Positions 36,241 to 45,479 of a stretch of 61,700 nt of DNA are shown here, piece by piece. The notes beneath the pieces are model-generated. The model searched no databases, was not told the origin of the DNA, and was given only the letters and a program-made list of their open reading frames with translations. A program made the position numbers and the translations under genes. Source of the stretch: Methanobacteriota archaeon. Lineage in GTDB: Archaea; Thermoplasmatota; Thermoplasmata; RBG-16-68-12. The number at the start of each line of letters is the position of its first letter. The first letter of the stretch is position 1. The DNA is taken from NCBI GenBank assembly GCA_020029475.1, contig JAIBJG010000013.1, positions 1-61,700 of the forward strand. The letters run 5' to 3'.

Positions 36241-37194
36241 GTGGCCACGCGTCTCACGTACGGCGCCGCGTTCACGATGCTCTGTGCGATCTGGGGCTCC
36301 ACGTGGCTCGTGATCAAGATCGGCCTCCAGGGGGCGCCCCCGCTCCTCGCCGCCTCCCTCCGGTTCGTCGTCGCGTCCGTGGTCCTCCTTGTCGCGTGCC
36401 TCGTGTTCCGCTCGAAGCTCCCGAAGGGACGCACGGAGTGGGCGCTCGTCGCATTCTACGGAGTCGTGCTGTTCGGCGCGGACTACGGCCTGATCTATTG
36501 GGGGGAGGGGAACCACGTCGACAGCGGGCTCTCCGCGGTCCTCTTCGCGACGTTCCCGTTCCAGACCGCGATCGCCGCCCACGCGCTACTGAAGACGGAG
36601 AGGCTCTCCGCACAGAAGCTCGTCGGGATTGCGCTCGGGTTCGCGGGGATCGCGTTCATCTTCCGGGCCCAGCTGGCGGCGTCCGCGGACCTGTTCTTCC
36701 CGATGCTCGCGATTGTGCTCGCCGCCACGTGCGCCGCGGCCGCGAGCGTCGCGGTGAAACGGTGGGGCCACGACATGGATCCCGTGAGCCTGAACGCGTT
36801 CTCGATGGGGGCGGGGGCAGTCACCTTGGCGGCAGCCTCCCTCGGCGCGGGGGAGACCTGGGCCGTGCCCTCCTGGCCCACGGGGATCCTCGCGATCGTG
36901 TACCTGAGCCTCGCGGGTTCCGTCGTCGCGTTCGTCACGTACCTCTGGCTCCTGAAGCGAATCGAGGCGACCTCCCTCTCGTACATCGCGTTCGTGAACC
37001 CGGTCGTCGCGGTGCTCCTCGGGTTCCTCGTCGGCGACGAGAGGCTCGATGCGCTCGTCCTCGCCGGGGCGGGGATGACCTTGGCGGGGATCTGGCTCGC
37101 GACGTCGAAGCGGGTCGGGGCGTGGATCCGGATCGCGATGGGCACGGGGGTCGTCCCGGGGACCGCCGGGGACCCTCCCGGAAAGGATCCCTGA
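36241..37194 (+). CDS. EamA/DMT-family transporter
   Basis: Ten-TM-like ORF with two EamA halves (AIWGSTWLVIKIGL..., AFVTYLWLLKRIEATSLSYIAFVNPVVAVLLG). The GTG at 36241 lies about 28 nt downstream of TTATAC (36213..36218). Confidence 0.85.
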   Translation: MATRLTYGAAFTMLCAIWGSTWLVIKIGLQGAPPLLAASLRFVVASVVLLVACLVFRSKLPKGRTEWALVAFYGVVLFGADYGLIYWGEGNHVDSGLSAVLFATFPFQTAIAAHALLKTERLSAQKLVGIALGFAGIAFIFRAQLAASADLFFPMLAIVLAATCAAAASVAVKRWGHDMDPVSLNAFSMGAGAVTLAAASLGAGETWAVPSWPTGILAIVYLSLAGSVVAFVTYLWLLKRIEATSLSYIAFVNPVVAVLLGFLVGDERLDALVLAGAGMTLAGIWLATSKRVGAWIRIAMGTGVVPGTAGDPPGKDP

Positions 37195-37371
37195 TTCGGG
37201 TCGGCCAGACCTCTCGGTAGCACATGGAACAGAAAAAGGAGGGAGCGGCGGAGATTCGATTCCCTTGCCGTGGGAGACCGCCCGCCATCCCATAGCCTCC
37301 AGGGATGAAGGTGTGCGGATGCGTGTTCGCCCGTGCCTGGGTCCGTGAAGTACCTCGCGATGGGACCGGGT

Positions 37372-38325
37372 CTAGGGAGGGCCAAGCGACATCTGGAAAC
37401 GGGCCCTGAGGTCGCGGAGACTCGGGTACGGTTTCGAGGGGTTCTCCAGGTGCCATGCGGCCGCCGCGTTCGCGAACCGGAGACGATCTCCCAGGGTCCG
37501 CCCCGCCAGGGAGGCCCGGACGTACCCCGCATTGAACACGTCCCCGCAACCCGTTGGATTCAAGGCTCGGACCCGGAACCCGCGCGAGGTGGTGGGTCCG
37601 GCCGCGGTGAACACCGTCGACCCGCGGCGGCCCTCGTGGACGACGACCTCGCCCACGCCCCTCCCCAAGAGGACCCGCGCCGCCCCGCGAAGGGAGGGGG
37701 AGCTCGCGAGGCGGGTGACCTCCTCCGCGTTCCCGAAGAACGTGTCCACGTGCGGGAGGGCGGAGAGCGCCGCCTCCCGGCGGTGCATCGGCCACCCTTC
37801 GGGGTCCGTCGAGAGGTCCAGGGAGGTCGTCGCGCCCGCCGCCCGGGCCCGGGCGAGGAGCCGCACCGTGGGCGCGCCGATCAGCCCGGAGGCCCACCAG
37901 TATCCCGATCGGTGGAGATGGCGGGTGCCCGCAATCCACGAGGCGGGGACCTGTGGCAGGCGGAGGTCCGCGTTCGCGCCGGGTGCGGTGATCAGATGGC
38001 GGGTGCCATTGGAGAACGTCACCGCGACGGTCGTCCCTGTGCCGCGAGACGCTGAGGCCCGGAGGCGGGTCCGCACATGCCCCGTTCGATACGCGATCCT
38101 CAGGACCTCGCCCGCCCAGTCCTTTCCGAGGGACGCGACCAGCCCCGCGCGGCCTCCGAGGGCCGCGAACGCGAGGGCGAAGTTCGTTGCGTTCCCGCCG
38201 GGAAGGTATCGGAACCGTTCCACGCGGGACTGCCGGTCCCCCGCTCCCGCGGGGTGCAGGGGCGGGTTCACGATGTCGAGGATCGCGTCGCCCACCGCCA
38301 CGACATCGAACCGCGGGTGGGCCAC
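37372..38325 (-). CDS. PfkB-family carbohydrate kinase
   Basis: DVVAVGDAILDIV N-terminus and the C-terminal NPTGCGDVFNAGY (PfkB signature 2-like) block. Confidence 0.85.
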   Translation of the reverse strand: MAHPRFDVVAVGDAILDIVNPPLHPAGAGDRQSRVERFRYLPGGNATNFALAFAALGGRAGLVASLGKDWAGEVLRIAYRTGHVRTRLRASASRGTGTTVAVTFSNGTRHLITAPGANADLRLPQVPASWIAGTRHLHRSGYWWASGLIGAPTVRLLARARAAGATTSLDLSTDPEGWPMHRREAALSALPHVDTFFGNAEEVTRLASSPSLRGAARVLLGRGVGEVVVHEGRRGSTVFTAAGPTTSRGFRVRALNPTGCGDVFNAGYVRASLAGRTLGDRLRFANAAAAWHLENPSKPYPSLRDLRARFQMSLGPP

Positions 38326-38332
38326 CCTCCCC

Positions 38333-38473
38333 TCACTCCCGCCAGAGTCCCTGCTTCTTCAACTCCTCGACGACGATCTTGTAGTCCGCGGGGCGCCCGC
38401 ACTCCGGGCAGAATATGGAGCCGTGCGCGTCCCGGGAGGGGTTCGGGCCTTCCCACCCGCAGAACCGGCACAC
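38333..38473 (-). CDS. Possible 46-aa zinc-ribbon protein downstream of polB
   Basis: GTG start 18 nt after the polB stop: VCRFCGWEGPNPSRDAHGSIFCPECGRPADYKIVVEELKKQGLWRE (CxxC...CxxC). It is below the ORF-track cutoff as an independent ORF. Confidence 0.4.
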   Translation of the reverse strand: MCRFCGWEGPNPSRDAHGSIFCPECGRPADYKIVVEELKKQGLWRE

Positions 38474-38490
38474 GGCGTCGTGGACGGAGG

Positions 38491-40914
38491 TCAGAAGAAG
38501 TCCTCCAGGGTGAGCTCTTTCTTCGTCTTCTGCACCTCCAGCTTCCGGGGCTTCTCCTCCTCGCCCTCGAACCCCGTGTGGAACAGGTCCGCCTGGACCG
38601 TGCCCATCAGGAGGGCCCGTTCGTCCCAGCCGTAGATCTCCGTGACGTACGACAGGGTCTGCGCGACCCGCCGGGCGTAGTACTCCCAGTCCGGCTTCGA
38701 CGTGAAGGGGCGGCCCGAGACCCATGGCTCCACGTGCATCGGGGCCTTCTTCGCGTCCACGACGACCCAGGAGACCTTCATCCCGGGGACGACCTCGTAC
38801 CCAAGTTCTTTCATCTTCCGGGCCGCGAGGACGTTCGACATCGAGTCCGGGTTCACGTACCGGCTGTCCTCCGCGACGGTGCGGGAGATCACGAGGGGCT
38901 CCAACGGGTCCCCGTCGTCGGGCAGCATGTCCTGCGGGATCCGGCCCGTCTTGATCTCCGCGACGAGCTCCTTCGCGAGCCGCACGGCCCCCTCGATGTC
39001 GTTCTCGAGGACCCGGTCGAACACCCGCTTCTGGGCCTCGCTCTGGAGGTCGAACGCGTCCGTCCTCCGGATCTCGTACCCCCGGACGATGAGTTCGTCC
39101 TCCACGGGCCATGCGGTCTTCGCGGCGTACCGCTTCTTCTTCCCGTGGCTGAAGAACGTGCGGAAGATCCGCTCGAGCTCCATGTTCACGTTCGCGGTGC
39201 TGAACCGCTCCGCCACCTTCCGTCCGAACTCGAGGGACTTCTCCTTGTCCTTGTGCGGGCTTTCCAGGAAGATGGAGTCCGTGTCGCTGTAGATTACCCG
39301 CACTCCGTCCGCCTCGAGCTGGCTGATCACGGACTTGATGTTCTCCCGTGCGAAGGCGGTGATGCTCGCCCCGATCTGGGGGTTCGTGAATCGGTAGAAC
39401 GAGGAGGCGAGGACGCCGTAGAAGGCGTTCATCAGGACCTTCACCGCGTCCTGGAGACGGCCATAATACTTCTTCCTCTCCGGGTCCGTCTCGGCTTTCA
39501 GTTTCGCCTTCACATCCCGTCGTTGCCGCATCAGGTCCCCGAGGATCGTGGGCAGGAGGCCGACCCGCTGCTGCGCGTTCAGGAAGCGCACGCCAATGGG
39601 GCTCTCGACGGTCCCCGCGTCGCTCAGGGTCGTGAAGCATATGTTCTTCTCGATAATAATCGACGGATACATCGAAGAGAAGTCGAGGGCGATCACCCAT
39701 TCGTAGAGCCCGGGCTCCAGGCTGTGGACGTACCCGCCCTCGATCGACTTCCCGCCGGAGCCCGAGCGGGTCATCGGGACCGCGACCCCCTGCCGGTCCG
39801 CGGCCCGGATCAGGATCGAGTCAATCATCGTGGACGTGCGGCTGTTGAACGTGTCGTCGACCGGGAGCTTCGAGACGACGCCGAGGTCCATCGCCTTGTC
39901 GAGGCGCGCGACCTTCTCGAGGACCCGGAGGGCGAGCTCCGCATCCTTTTTGCAGTACTCCAGGACCTTCTCCCGGTTCCGGGCCCACTCGTCCTCCATG
40001 TGGACCCGGTCCACGTCGTGCTTCCCCTCGCCGAGGAGCCACCGGGCGACCGCGTCCAGGGTCTCCTGCTTCGGGTGGAGCTCGAGTTTCACCGCCCACC
40101 ACGCGTCCGCGATGATCCGCCCGTGGGCCCGCCAGAACCGTTCGCTGATGTTGCTGATCCCCTGCCCGTCCCGGGAGAGCGGCAGGTTCATGATCCCGTG
40201 GACACGCGCCCGCTGCTCGAGGATCGGGAGGTCGTACCCGTCGATGTTGTACCCCGTGATCACGTCCGGGTCCATCTTCGTGATGAAATCGATGAACCGA
40301 CGGATGATCTCCTTCTCGTCTCCCGTGAGGATGTCCGTCTTCAGGGCGCCGTCCTCCCGCCACGCGAGGCCGAGGCACAGGACCGTCGGGTCCGTGATCG
40401 TGTTCTCGATGTCGAAGGAGACGACCTTCAGGGCGGGGTTGAACACCTCGCAGGGCTCGAACCGCTCCGCCCGGACGACGAGGTCCGTCGTGTACCGGCC
40501 CTTCGCGAGCGCGCCATGGATCCGGACGCACGCGGCGATGTCCATGTCGTAGATGAAGCGATGCGCGAACGGGATGTCCGCCGCCATCACCTCGGACCCG
40601 TGCTTGCGGGCCCGCTCCCGGTATTCGGGGGTCTTCCACGGGTGCTGGAGGGTGACCTTCGCGCACGGCGCCTTGCGGCCCTGGACCTCGAGCTCGACGG
40701 TCTCCACTTTCAGGACCTCGGAGTCCCGCTGGAGGTAGTTGAGGAGGACCTGCGAGGGCCTCACCGCGTAGAAATACGGCTTGAAGCCCCAGTACTCCGC
40801 CGCGATCGACCGGCCCTCCCGGGTCCGCCCGAAGAGCTCGATCACGGGCTCCTCCTGCGGCCCGTCCCGGCGGTACGACGCCGTCAGTATCCGAACGTCC
40901 CAGGACTCCGTCAT
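38491..40914 (-). CDS. polB: Family B DNA polymerase
   Basis: Exo I FDIEN, Exo II YNIDGYDLPIL, Pol A DFSSMYPSII, Pol B KVLMNAFYGV, Pol C YSDTDS. 807 aa with no intein-sized insertion. The ATG at 40914 overlaps the upstream GTPase stop (ATGA). Confidence 0.95.
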   Translation of the reverse strand: MTESWDVRILTASYRRDGPQEEPVIELFGRTREGRSIAAEYWGFKPYFYAVRPSQVLLNYLQRDSEVLKVETVELEVQGRKAPCAKVTLQHPWKTPEYRERARKHGSEVMAADIPFAHRFIYDMDIAACVRIHGALAKGRYTTDLVVRAERFEPCEVFNPALKVVSFDIENTITDPTVLCLGLAWREDGALKTDILTGDEKEIIRRFIDFITKMDPDVITGYNIDGYDLPILEQRARVHGIMNLPLSRDGQGISNISERFWRAHGRIIADAWWAVKLELHPKQETLDAVARWLLGEGKHDVDRVHMEDEWARNREKVLEYCKKDAELALRVLEKVARLDKAMDLGVVSKLPVDDTFNSRTSTMIDSILIRAADRQGVAVPMTRSGSGGKSIEGGYVHSLEPGLYEWVIALDFSSMYPSIIIEKNICFTTLSDAGTVESPIGVRFLNAQQRVGLLPTILGDLMRQRRDVKAKLKAETDPERKKYYGRLQDAVKVLMNAFYGVLASSFYRFTNPQIGASITAFARENIKSVISQLEADGVRVIYSDTDSIFLESPHKDKEKSLEFGRKVAERFSTANVNMELERIFRTFFSHGKKKRYAAKTAWPVEDELIVRGYEIRRTDAFDLQSEAQKRVFDRVLENDIEGAVRLAKELVAEIKTGRIPQDMLPDDGDPLEPLVISRTVAEDSRYVNPDSMSNVLAARKMKELGYEVVPGMKVSWVVVDAKKAPMHVEPWVSGRPFTSKPDWEYYARRVAQTLSYVTEIYGWDERALLMGTVQADLFHTGFEGEEEKPRKLEVQKTKKELTLEDFF

Positions 40915-42101
40915 GCCTTCGCCACGATCTTGATCACGTCGCCATCCTGGACCGCATAGTCGTGCCCGACGACCATCCTGGTGCGGGCGTTGATGGCGCG
41001 GATGAACCCTCTTCCGAGGTCCGTATGCACGCGAAACGCTAAATCCTTCGCAGTCACACTGCGCGGGACGAGGAACGCGTCGGGCAGGACGTTCCCCTTC
41101 TTGTCCGTCCAGTGCGTCTCGTCCTCCACAGGGAACACGACGATCAGGTTCAGGAGGTCCCGCCCCGCGCGCTCGATGCACGGCTGCACCCCCGTGGACC
41201 CGTGGGTCCCGAGGAACGCCTCGATCTTCTTCAGGCCCGCGAGCTGCTCCGCGGAGAGTTTCCCGGGGTCCAGGATCCGGAACGACGGCGCCCCGGGCTC
41301 GTACGCGATGAGCCCCGCCTTCGCGGCGCGCCGGAGCGCGAGCTCGTACGCGGCGGCCGTCGGGACGACGATCGTCCCCGCCTCCTTCGTCAGCCGCTCG
41401 ATCGCCTCGGCGGGAGCAATGTCCGCCTTGTTCGCGGCGACCATCATCGGCTTCCCCCGCTGGAGGATCCGCTTCGAGAGCCGGAGGGCGTCCTCCGCGG
41501 TCCACTTCGAGGGGCGCGGGTCCATCCCCGCCTCCAGGAGGGCGGTGTGGATCTGGTTCTCCGTCACGCCGAGCCCCGCGAGCCGATCGTGGAGGACGCG
41601 TTCGATCGGGGTCTCCTCGAGCTCCGCGCGCCGGGCGACCTTCTCCAGGTCCCGCGAAAGGATCCCCCGGACCCAGTGCGCGAGCTCATCCTCCAAGAAC
41701 CGCACGTCTTCGAGGGGGTCGTGGGTCCCGGGTTTCACGGGGTTCCCCTCGAAGTCCGTGGACCCGCTCGCGTCCACGACGTGGATGAACGCGGCGGCCT
41801 GGCGGAGATCGTCGAGGAACTTGTTCCCGAGGCCCCGCCCTTCGTGGGCCATGGGGACCAGGCCCGCGACGTCGAGGACGTCCACGGGGACGAACCGCTT
41901 CCCGTCCTGGCAGCCGCCGTGGATCGGCGCGCACGGCTTCCCGAGTTCCACGTGCGGGCACGGGACGCGGATGAACGCGACCCCGCGGTTCGGTTCGATC
42001 GTCGTGAACGGGTAGTTCGCGATCTGCGCAGGGGCCAGCGTCGCGGCGGAGAAGAACGTCGACTTCCCCACGTTCGGCTTCCCGACGATCCCGAGTTCCA
42101 C
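40911..42101 (-). CDS. Obg-like GTPase/ATPase with C-terminal TGS domain (YchF/OLA1/Drg-like)
   Basis: G1 GKPNVGKST, YPFTTIEPN, DVAGLV, NKAD, and a TGS-like VQDGDVIKIV end. The start was moved to the GTG at 42101, about 29 nt downstream of TTTATTTG. The TTG at 42128 lies inside the TATA box. Confidence 0.88.
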   Translation of the reverse strand: MELGIVGKPNVGKSTFFSAATLAPAQIANYPFTTIEPNRGVAFIRVPCPHVELGKPCAPIHGGCQDGKRFVPVDVLDVAGLVPMAHEGRGLGNKFLDDLRQAAAFIHVVDASGSTDFEGNPVKPGTHDPLEDVRFLEDELAHWVRGILSRDLEKVARRAELEETPIERVLHDRLAGLGVTENQIHTALLEAGMDPRPSKWTAEDALRLSKRILQRGKPMMVAANKADIAPAEAIERLTKEAGTIVVPTAAAYELALRRAAKAGLIAYEPGAPSFRILDPGKLSAEQLAGLKKIEAFLGTHGSTGVQPCIERAGRDLLNLIVVFPVEDETHWTDKKGNVLPDAFLVPRSVTAKDLAFRVHTDLGRGFIRAINARTRMVVGHDYAVQDGDVIKIVAKA

Positions 42102-42143
42102 GGCCCGCCGAACACGGCCGTGACACAAATAAACTTAGGCGGG

Positions 42144-45100
42144 TCAGGGGGACCCGCGATCGCGTCTCCGGCCCCTCCGGAGGGCCAGCACGACGACCAG
42201 GACAAGCGCCGCGGGAACCGCGACCTCGTGGAACTCCGGGAGCGGGACCGGGCCGCCGTCGGTCCGGGTCGACGGGGGATCCGCGGAACGTGTGACGATC
42301 ACGTCTGTGACGTCTCCGTTCCCGGACCAGTCGCTCGTCTGGAACGCCATCCGCGTGCCGTTCAGCTGGGACGGGTTCAGTCCGATGGAACCCTCCATCG
42401 CGGTCGTGTTCTTCGCGACCTGCAGCGAGAGGAGGGCGGGCACCCAGCCCGATTGCCATCGGAACAAGTCCTGGCGGGTCATCCTGCCATTCGACCCGCG
42501 GACTTCCACCATGTAATCGGCGAGCATGCCGGCGAACGGGAGCCCCGCGGTATCCGTCGCGTTCGAATCGATGTACACCCGCGCGATGTCCTCGCCCGTG
42601 ATCCTCGGAGGGGGAGAGCCGGATCCCCCGCCACCGCCGCCCCCGCCCTGGACCGCGCGAGGGACCTTCTGCGGGACGGGGACGCCCTCGACGAGCGCGC
42701 CCGCGACCTGGAGCATGAAGAACGTGCCGGACGCGTTCGCGGCTCCTCCGTGGGACCGGATGTCCAGCCCCGCCCGGGGGATCGCGACGGAATCGGAATC
42801 GAGGACCGTGAGGCCGGCCCAGTCCGCGAACAGCCCGTCGATCCGGATCCCCGCCGGCGGGGCGAGGAAGTACGCGTCGAGCCCGGGACCGGTCACGGTG
42901 ACGGGGCGCGGGGCGGGCGCGGACCGGAGGGCGACGGAGACGGGGGAGCCGGAGGGGAATCCCGTCACGGTGACGGAGACCGTCACGGACGCCGTCGGGG
43001 TGGCCCGCATGAGGGGGACCGTCGAGAGGGATGGACTCACCGTGACCCCGGTCGTCGCGGTGAACCCGAAGGGACCCACGACCCACGTGCTCCCCTCTGG
43101 GATCTGTCCCAGGGCGACGACGTCGAGCCGGAGGGCCTGGGTCGTCCCGGACGGGAGGACGGTGGCGAGGGGGGTCTGCCGGATCCGGATCGCTCCGAAC
43201 GTCGCGGAGAGGGCGACGCTCGCGCGGGACACGGACCCCTCGAAGTCGTCCGCGACGATGAGGATCGTCGAGACGCTCGTGGAGAACGCGGCGAAGTCGT
43301 CCGTGGAGACCCGGAACTCGAGGGTCGGCCCGGAGGCCGCGGCGGGGAGCCCCGCGACCGCGGCCCGGCGGCTCCAGTTCAGCTCCGCGTTCGCCGGGAA
43401 CTCAAAGAGGCGGGCGGACTCCACGCGGCCCGAGCCGCCGAGGACCTCCGCGACGTACTCCGCCCCGAGGGCCTGCACCTGGTACCCCGTCACGGCGGAC
43501 CCGTCCGCGTCGAAGAACGCGTAGAACGCGTCGTTCCCCACGGAGTCCCCGAGGGCCGTGCCGGAGACCTGGACGAGGAACGAGAGGAGATTCCCCTCCG
43601 GGTAGACGCCGTACGACTGGATTGTGACGTTGGGGTTCGAGGCTGCCGCCGGATCCGAGTACCTGGGGAGGGCGGACCAGTCCGTCGGGTTCCCGTCGAT
43701 CGCGACCGCGGTCGCGGGGCCCGTCGGGGGCGGGAGGAGGGCGGCGACGATCGCGAACACGAGCAGAAGGGAGCCCGCGATCACGCCGTACCGGAACAGG
43801 AGGGACCGCGGCGGGAGACCGAAGTCCGTGATCGCGCTCGTGTCCATGAACCCGAAGCCGTTCACGAGGCCGTTCACCCGGCCGCTCCCGTTGATCAGGC
43901 CGTGACCGTTGATGAGACCGCGGCGGAGGCGGGTCTGCGGGGCGGGGAGGACGCGGGCGCGGGGCGCCGGCGCCTCCATCGGGCGGCGGGGCGGGGGCTC
44001 CGGGACGACTTCCGGCTCGGCCTCCGGCGTCTCCTCGTCGAGCTCCTCCACGTCGACCTCCTCCCCGGGCACCGGGATGGGTTCTGGAGCGCGCTTCGGT
44101 GTGAATTTCGGGATGAGCTCCGGAGAGGGCTCCGGCTCCTTCGCCGGCGCCGGGGCGAGATCGCGGTCGGCGGGCGCCTGCTGGAAGATCCTCTCCAGTT
44201 CCTTGATTGCGACGAGCTCCGGCGTGAGGGGCTCGTCCGGCTCTGCCGGCTCCGCCGCCGGCGCGGGCGGCGCCTCGACGTCGAGCTCCTCCGCGGGCAC
44301 GCGGGGGGCGGCCTCGGGCTCGACCTTGTGGCCGCACGCCGGGCACACCTGCGCATCCGGAAGGACGCCCTCCCCGCAGATCGGGCACTCCCGTTCCGCG
44401 AGGGAGGACAGGGCCGCAAGGGCGTCCGTGGCGGCCTCGACCTCCTCCTCTGGGGGCCTCTCTTGCTCCGGCGGAGCGGCCGCCAGGGCCTCCCCCGCCA
44501 CAGGGATCGTCCTTAGGGTCCCGCGGAGGACCTGGGACGCCTGTTTAATCTCCCGCATCGCTGCGAGGACCCGGGAGCGGACCGTCATCACCCGCCGGGA
44601 CTCGGGGTCGAGGCGGGCCGCCATGTCGATGGAGCGCATCGCCTCCTGGAGCTCCTGGATGTCGAGCAGGACGAGGGCCCGGGCGTACCACAGGTCCCCG
44701 TCCTTCGGGGTCTCCTCGAGGTGGACGTCGTAGAACGCGAGGAGTCCCTTCTCGAGCTCCTTCGTGACCTCCCGCCGGAGCTCGTCGTCAATCTCCTCCT
44801 CGTCGAACACCGCCCCGCAGTCCGAGCAGCCCTTCGCGAACAGGGACGTGACGCACTCGCACAGGGGGCACGCGTACTCCTCGGAGAGGACCTCCTCCTT
44901 CGACTTCCGTCGCGGGAGGAGGAGGATGAACCGGAGGGAGTCCTTCACCATCTTCGCGCCGCGGGGTCCGATCAGCCGGACCCGTCCGAGCTCCTCGTCG
45001 GACGCCCGCTTGATCCGCCATATCGCGTTGTACCCCGCGCGGCACAGGGCCTCCGCCTTCGCGCGCCCCACGCCGGGGATCCGGGCGATCTCGTCCACGT

Positions 45101-45479
45101 CCGCGTCCGTGTACTCGCCCCGGATCTTCCGCTTCGGACGCACCTTCTTCGCGGCCGGCGCGCCTGCCGCCTCCTCCTCGAAGACGGCGCCGCAGGCGGG
45201 ACAGGACTTCGCGTCCGCGTCGACGAACGTGCCGCACAGGAGGCACGCGAACTGCTCCTTGTGGGGGCCCGCGACCTCCTCGAACAGGAACCGGTTGTCG
45301 CACTTCTCGCACACGAAGAGGGTGGGGTTCTCCGTCTTGCACTCCGTGCACACGATCCGGCGGTCCACCTCCGTCGAGTCCGCGCGGACCGCGACGCTCC
45401 CGCACGTGTTGCAGATGGAGACGGGGACGACCTTTGAGGCGCAGTTCGGACAGGGGCGCACGTCCGCGGTGCGGACCAT
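42144..45479 (-). CDS. 1111-aa multi-zinc-ribbon / HhH / TPR-like / TM protein with a large extracytoplasmic domain and a PEF-CTERM-like tail
   Basis: The real start is the ATG at 45479 (MVRTADVRPCPNC...). The upstream part of the 1296-aa ORF is antisense-frame overlap with the TPR gene. It has ten CxxC pairs, HhH-like IARIPGVGRAKAEAL, a Pro/Glu linker, GLING-type mini-repeats, the TM helix LLFRYGVIAGSLLLVFAIVAALL, two IDGxxxDW-containing regions, and a C-terminal PEF+TM+RRGRRR. Confidence 0.8.
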   Translation of the reverse strand: MVRTADVRPCPNCASKVVPVSICNTCGSVAVRADSTEVDRRIVCTECKTENPTLFVCEKCDNRFLFEEVAGPHKEQFACLLCGTFVDADAKSCPACGAVFEEEAAGAPAAKKVRPKRKIRGEYTDADVDEIARIPGVGRAKAEALCRAGYNAIWRIKRASDEELGRVRLIGPRGAKMVKDSLRFILLLPRRKSKEEVLSEEYACPLCECVTSLFAKGCSDCGAVFDEEEIDDELRREVTKELEKGLLAFYDVHLEETPKDGDLWYARALVLLDIQELQEAMRSIDMAARLDPESRRVMTVRSRVLAAMREIKQASQVLRGTLRTIPVAGEALAAAPPEQERPPEEEVEAATDALAALSSLAERECPICGEGVLPDAQVCPACGHKVEPEAAPRVPAEELDVEAPPAPAAEPAEPDEPLTPELVAIKELERIFQQAPADRDLAPAPAKEPEPSPELIPKFTPKRAPEPIPVPGEEVDVEELDEETPEAEPEVVPEPPPRRPMEAPAPRARVLPAPQTRLRRGLINGHGLINGSGRVNGLVNGFGFMDTSAITDFGLPPRSLLFRYGVIAGSLLLVFAIVAALLPPPTGPATAVAIDGNPTDWSALPRYSDPAAASNPNVTIQSYGVYPEGNLLSFLVQVSGTALGDSVGNDAFYAFFDADGSAVTGYQVQALGAEYVAEVLGGSGRVESARLFEFPANAELNWSRRAAVAGLPAAASGPTLEFRVSTDDFAAFSTSVSTILIVADDFEGSVSRASVALSATFGAIRIRQTPLATVLPSGTTQALRLDVVALGQIPEGSTWVVGPFGFTATTGVTVSPSLSTVPLMRATPTASVTVSVTVTGFPSGSPVSVALRSAPAPRPVTVTGPGLDAYFLAPPAGIRIDGLFADWAGLTVLDSDSVAIPRAGLDIRSHGGAANASGTFFMLQVAGALVEGVPVPQKVPRAVQGGGGGGGGSGSPPPRITGEDIARVYIDSNATDTAGLPFAGMLADYMVEVRGSNGRMTRQDLFRWQSGWVPALLSLQVAKNTTAMEGSIGLNPSQLNGTRMAFQTSDWSGNGDVTDVIVTRSADPPSTRTDGGPVPLPEFHEVAVPAALVLVVVLALRRGRRRDRGSP

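Noticed and set aside
37195-37371. 177-nt convergent intergenic region with a TTCGATTCC-like segment examined as a possible tRNA or ncRNA
   Set aside because: No acceptor or T-stem complementarity could be folded by hand. Only a weak GGCGG...CCGCC pairing and a T-tract on the minus strand were found. The evidence is insufficient.
38491-40914. Inteins in polB, and also in cdc48
   Set aside because: Protein lengths (807 and about 740 aa) and contiguous catalytic motifs leave no room for an intein.
38077-44516. 960-aa (38077..40959) and 1134-aa (41112..44516) plus-strand ORFs
   Set aside because: Antisense to polB, the GTPase and the giant protein. The composition is dominated by R, D, E, G, P and L runs. 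No domain signatures.
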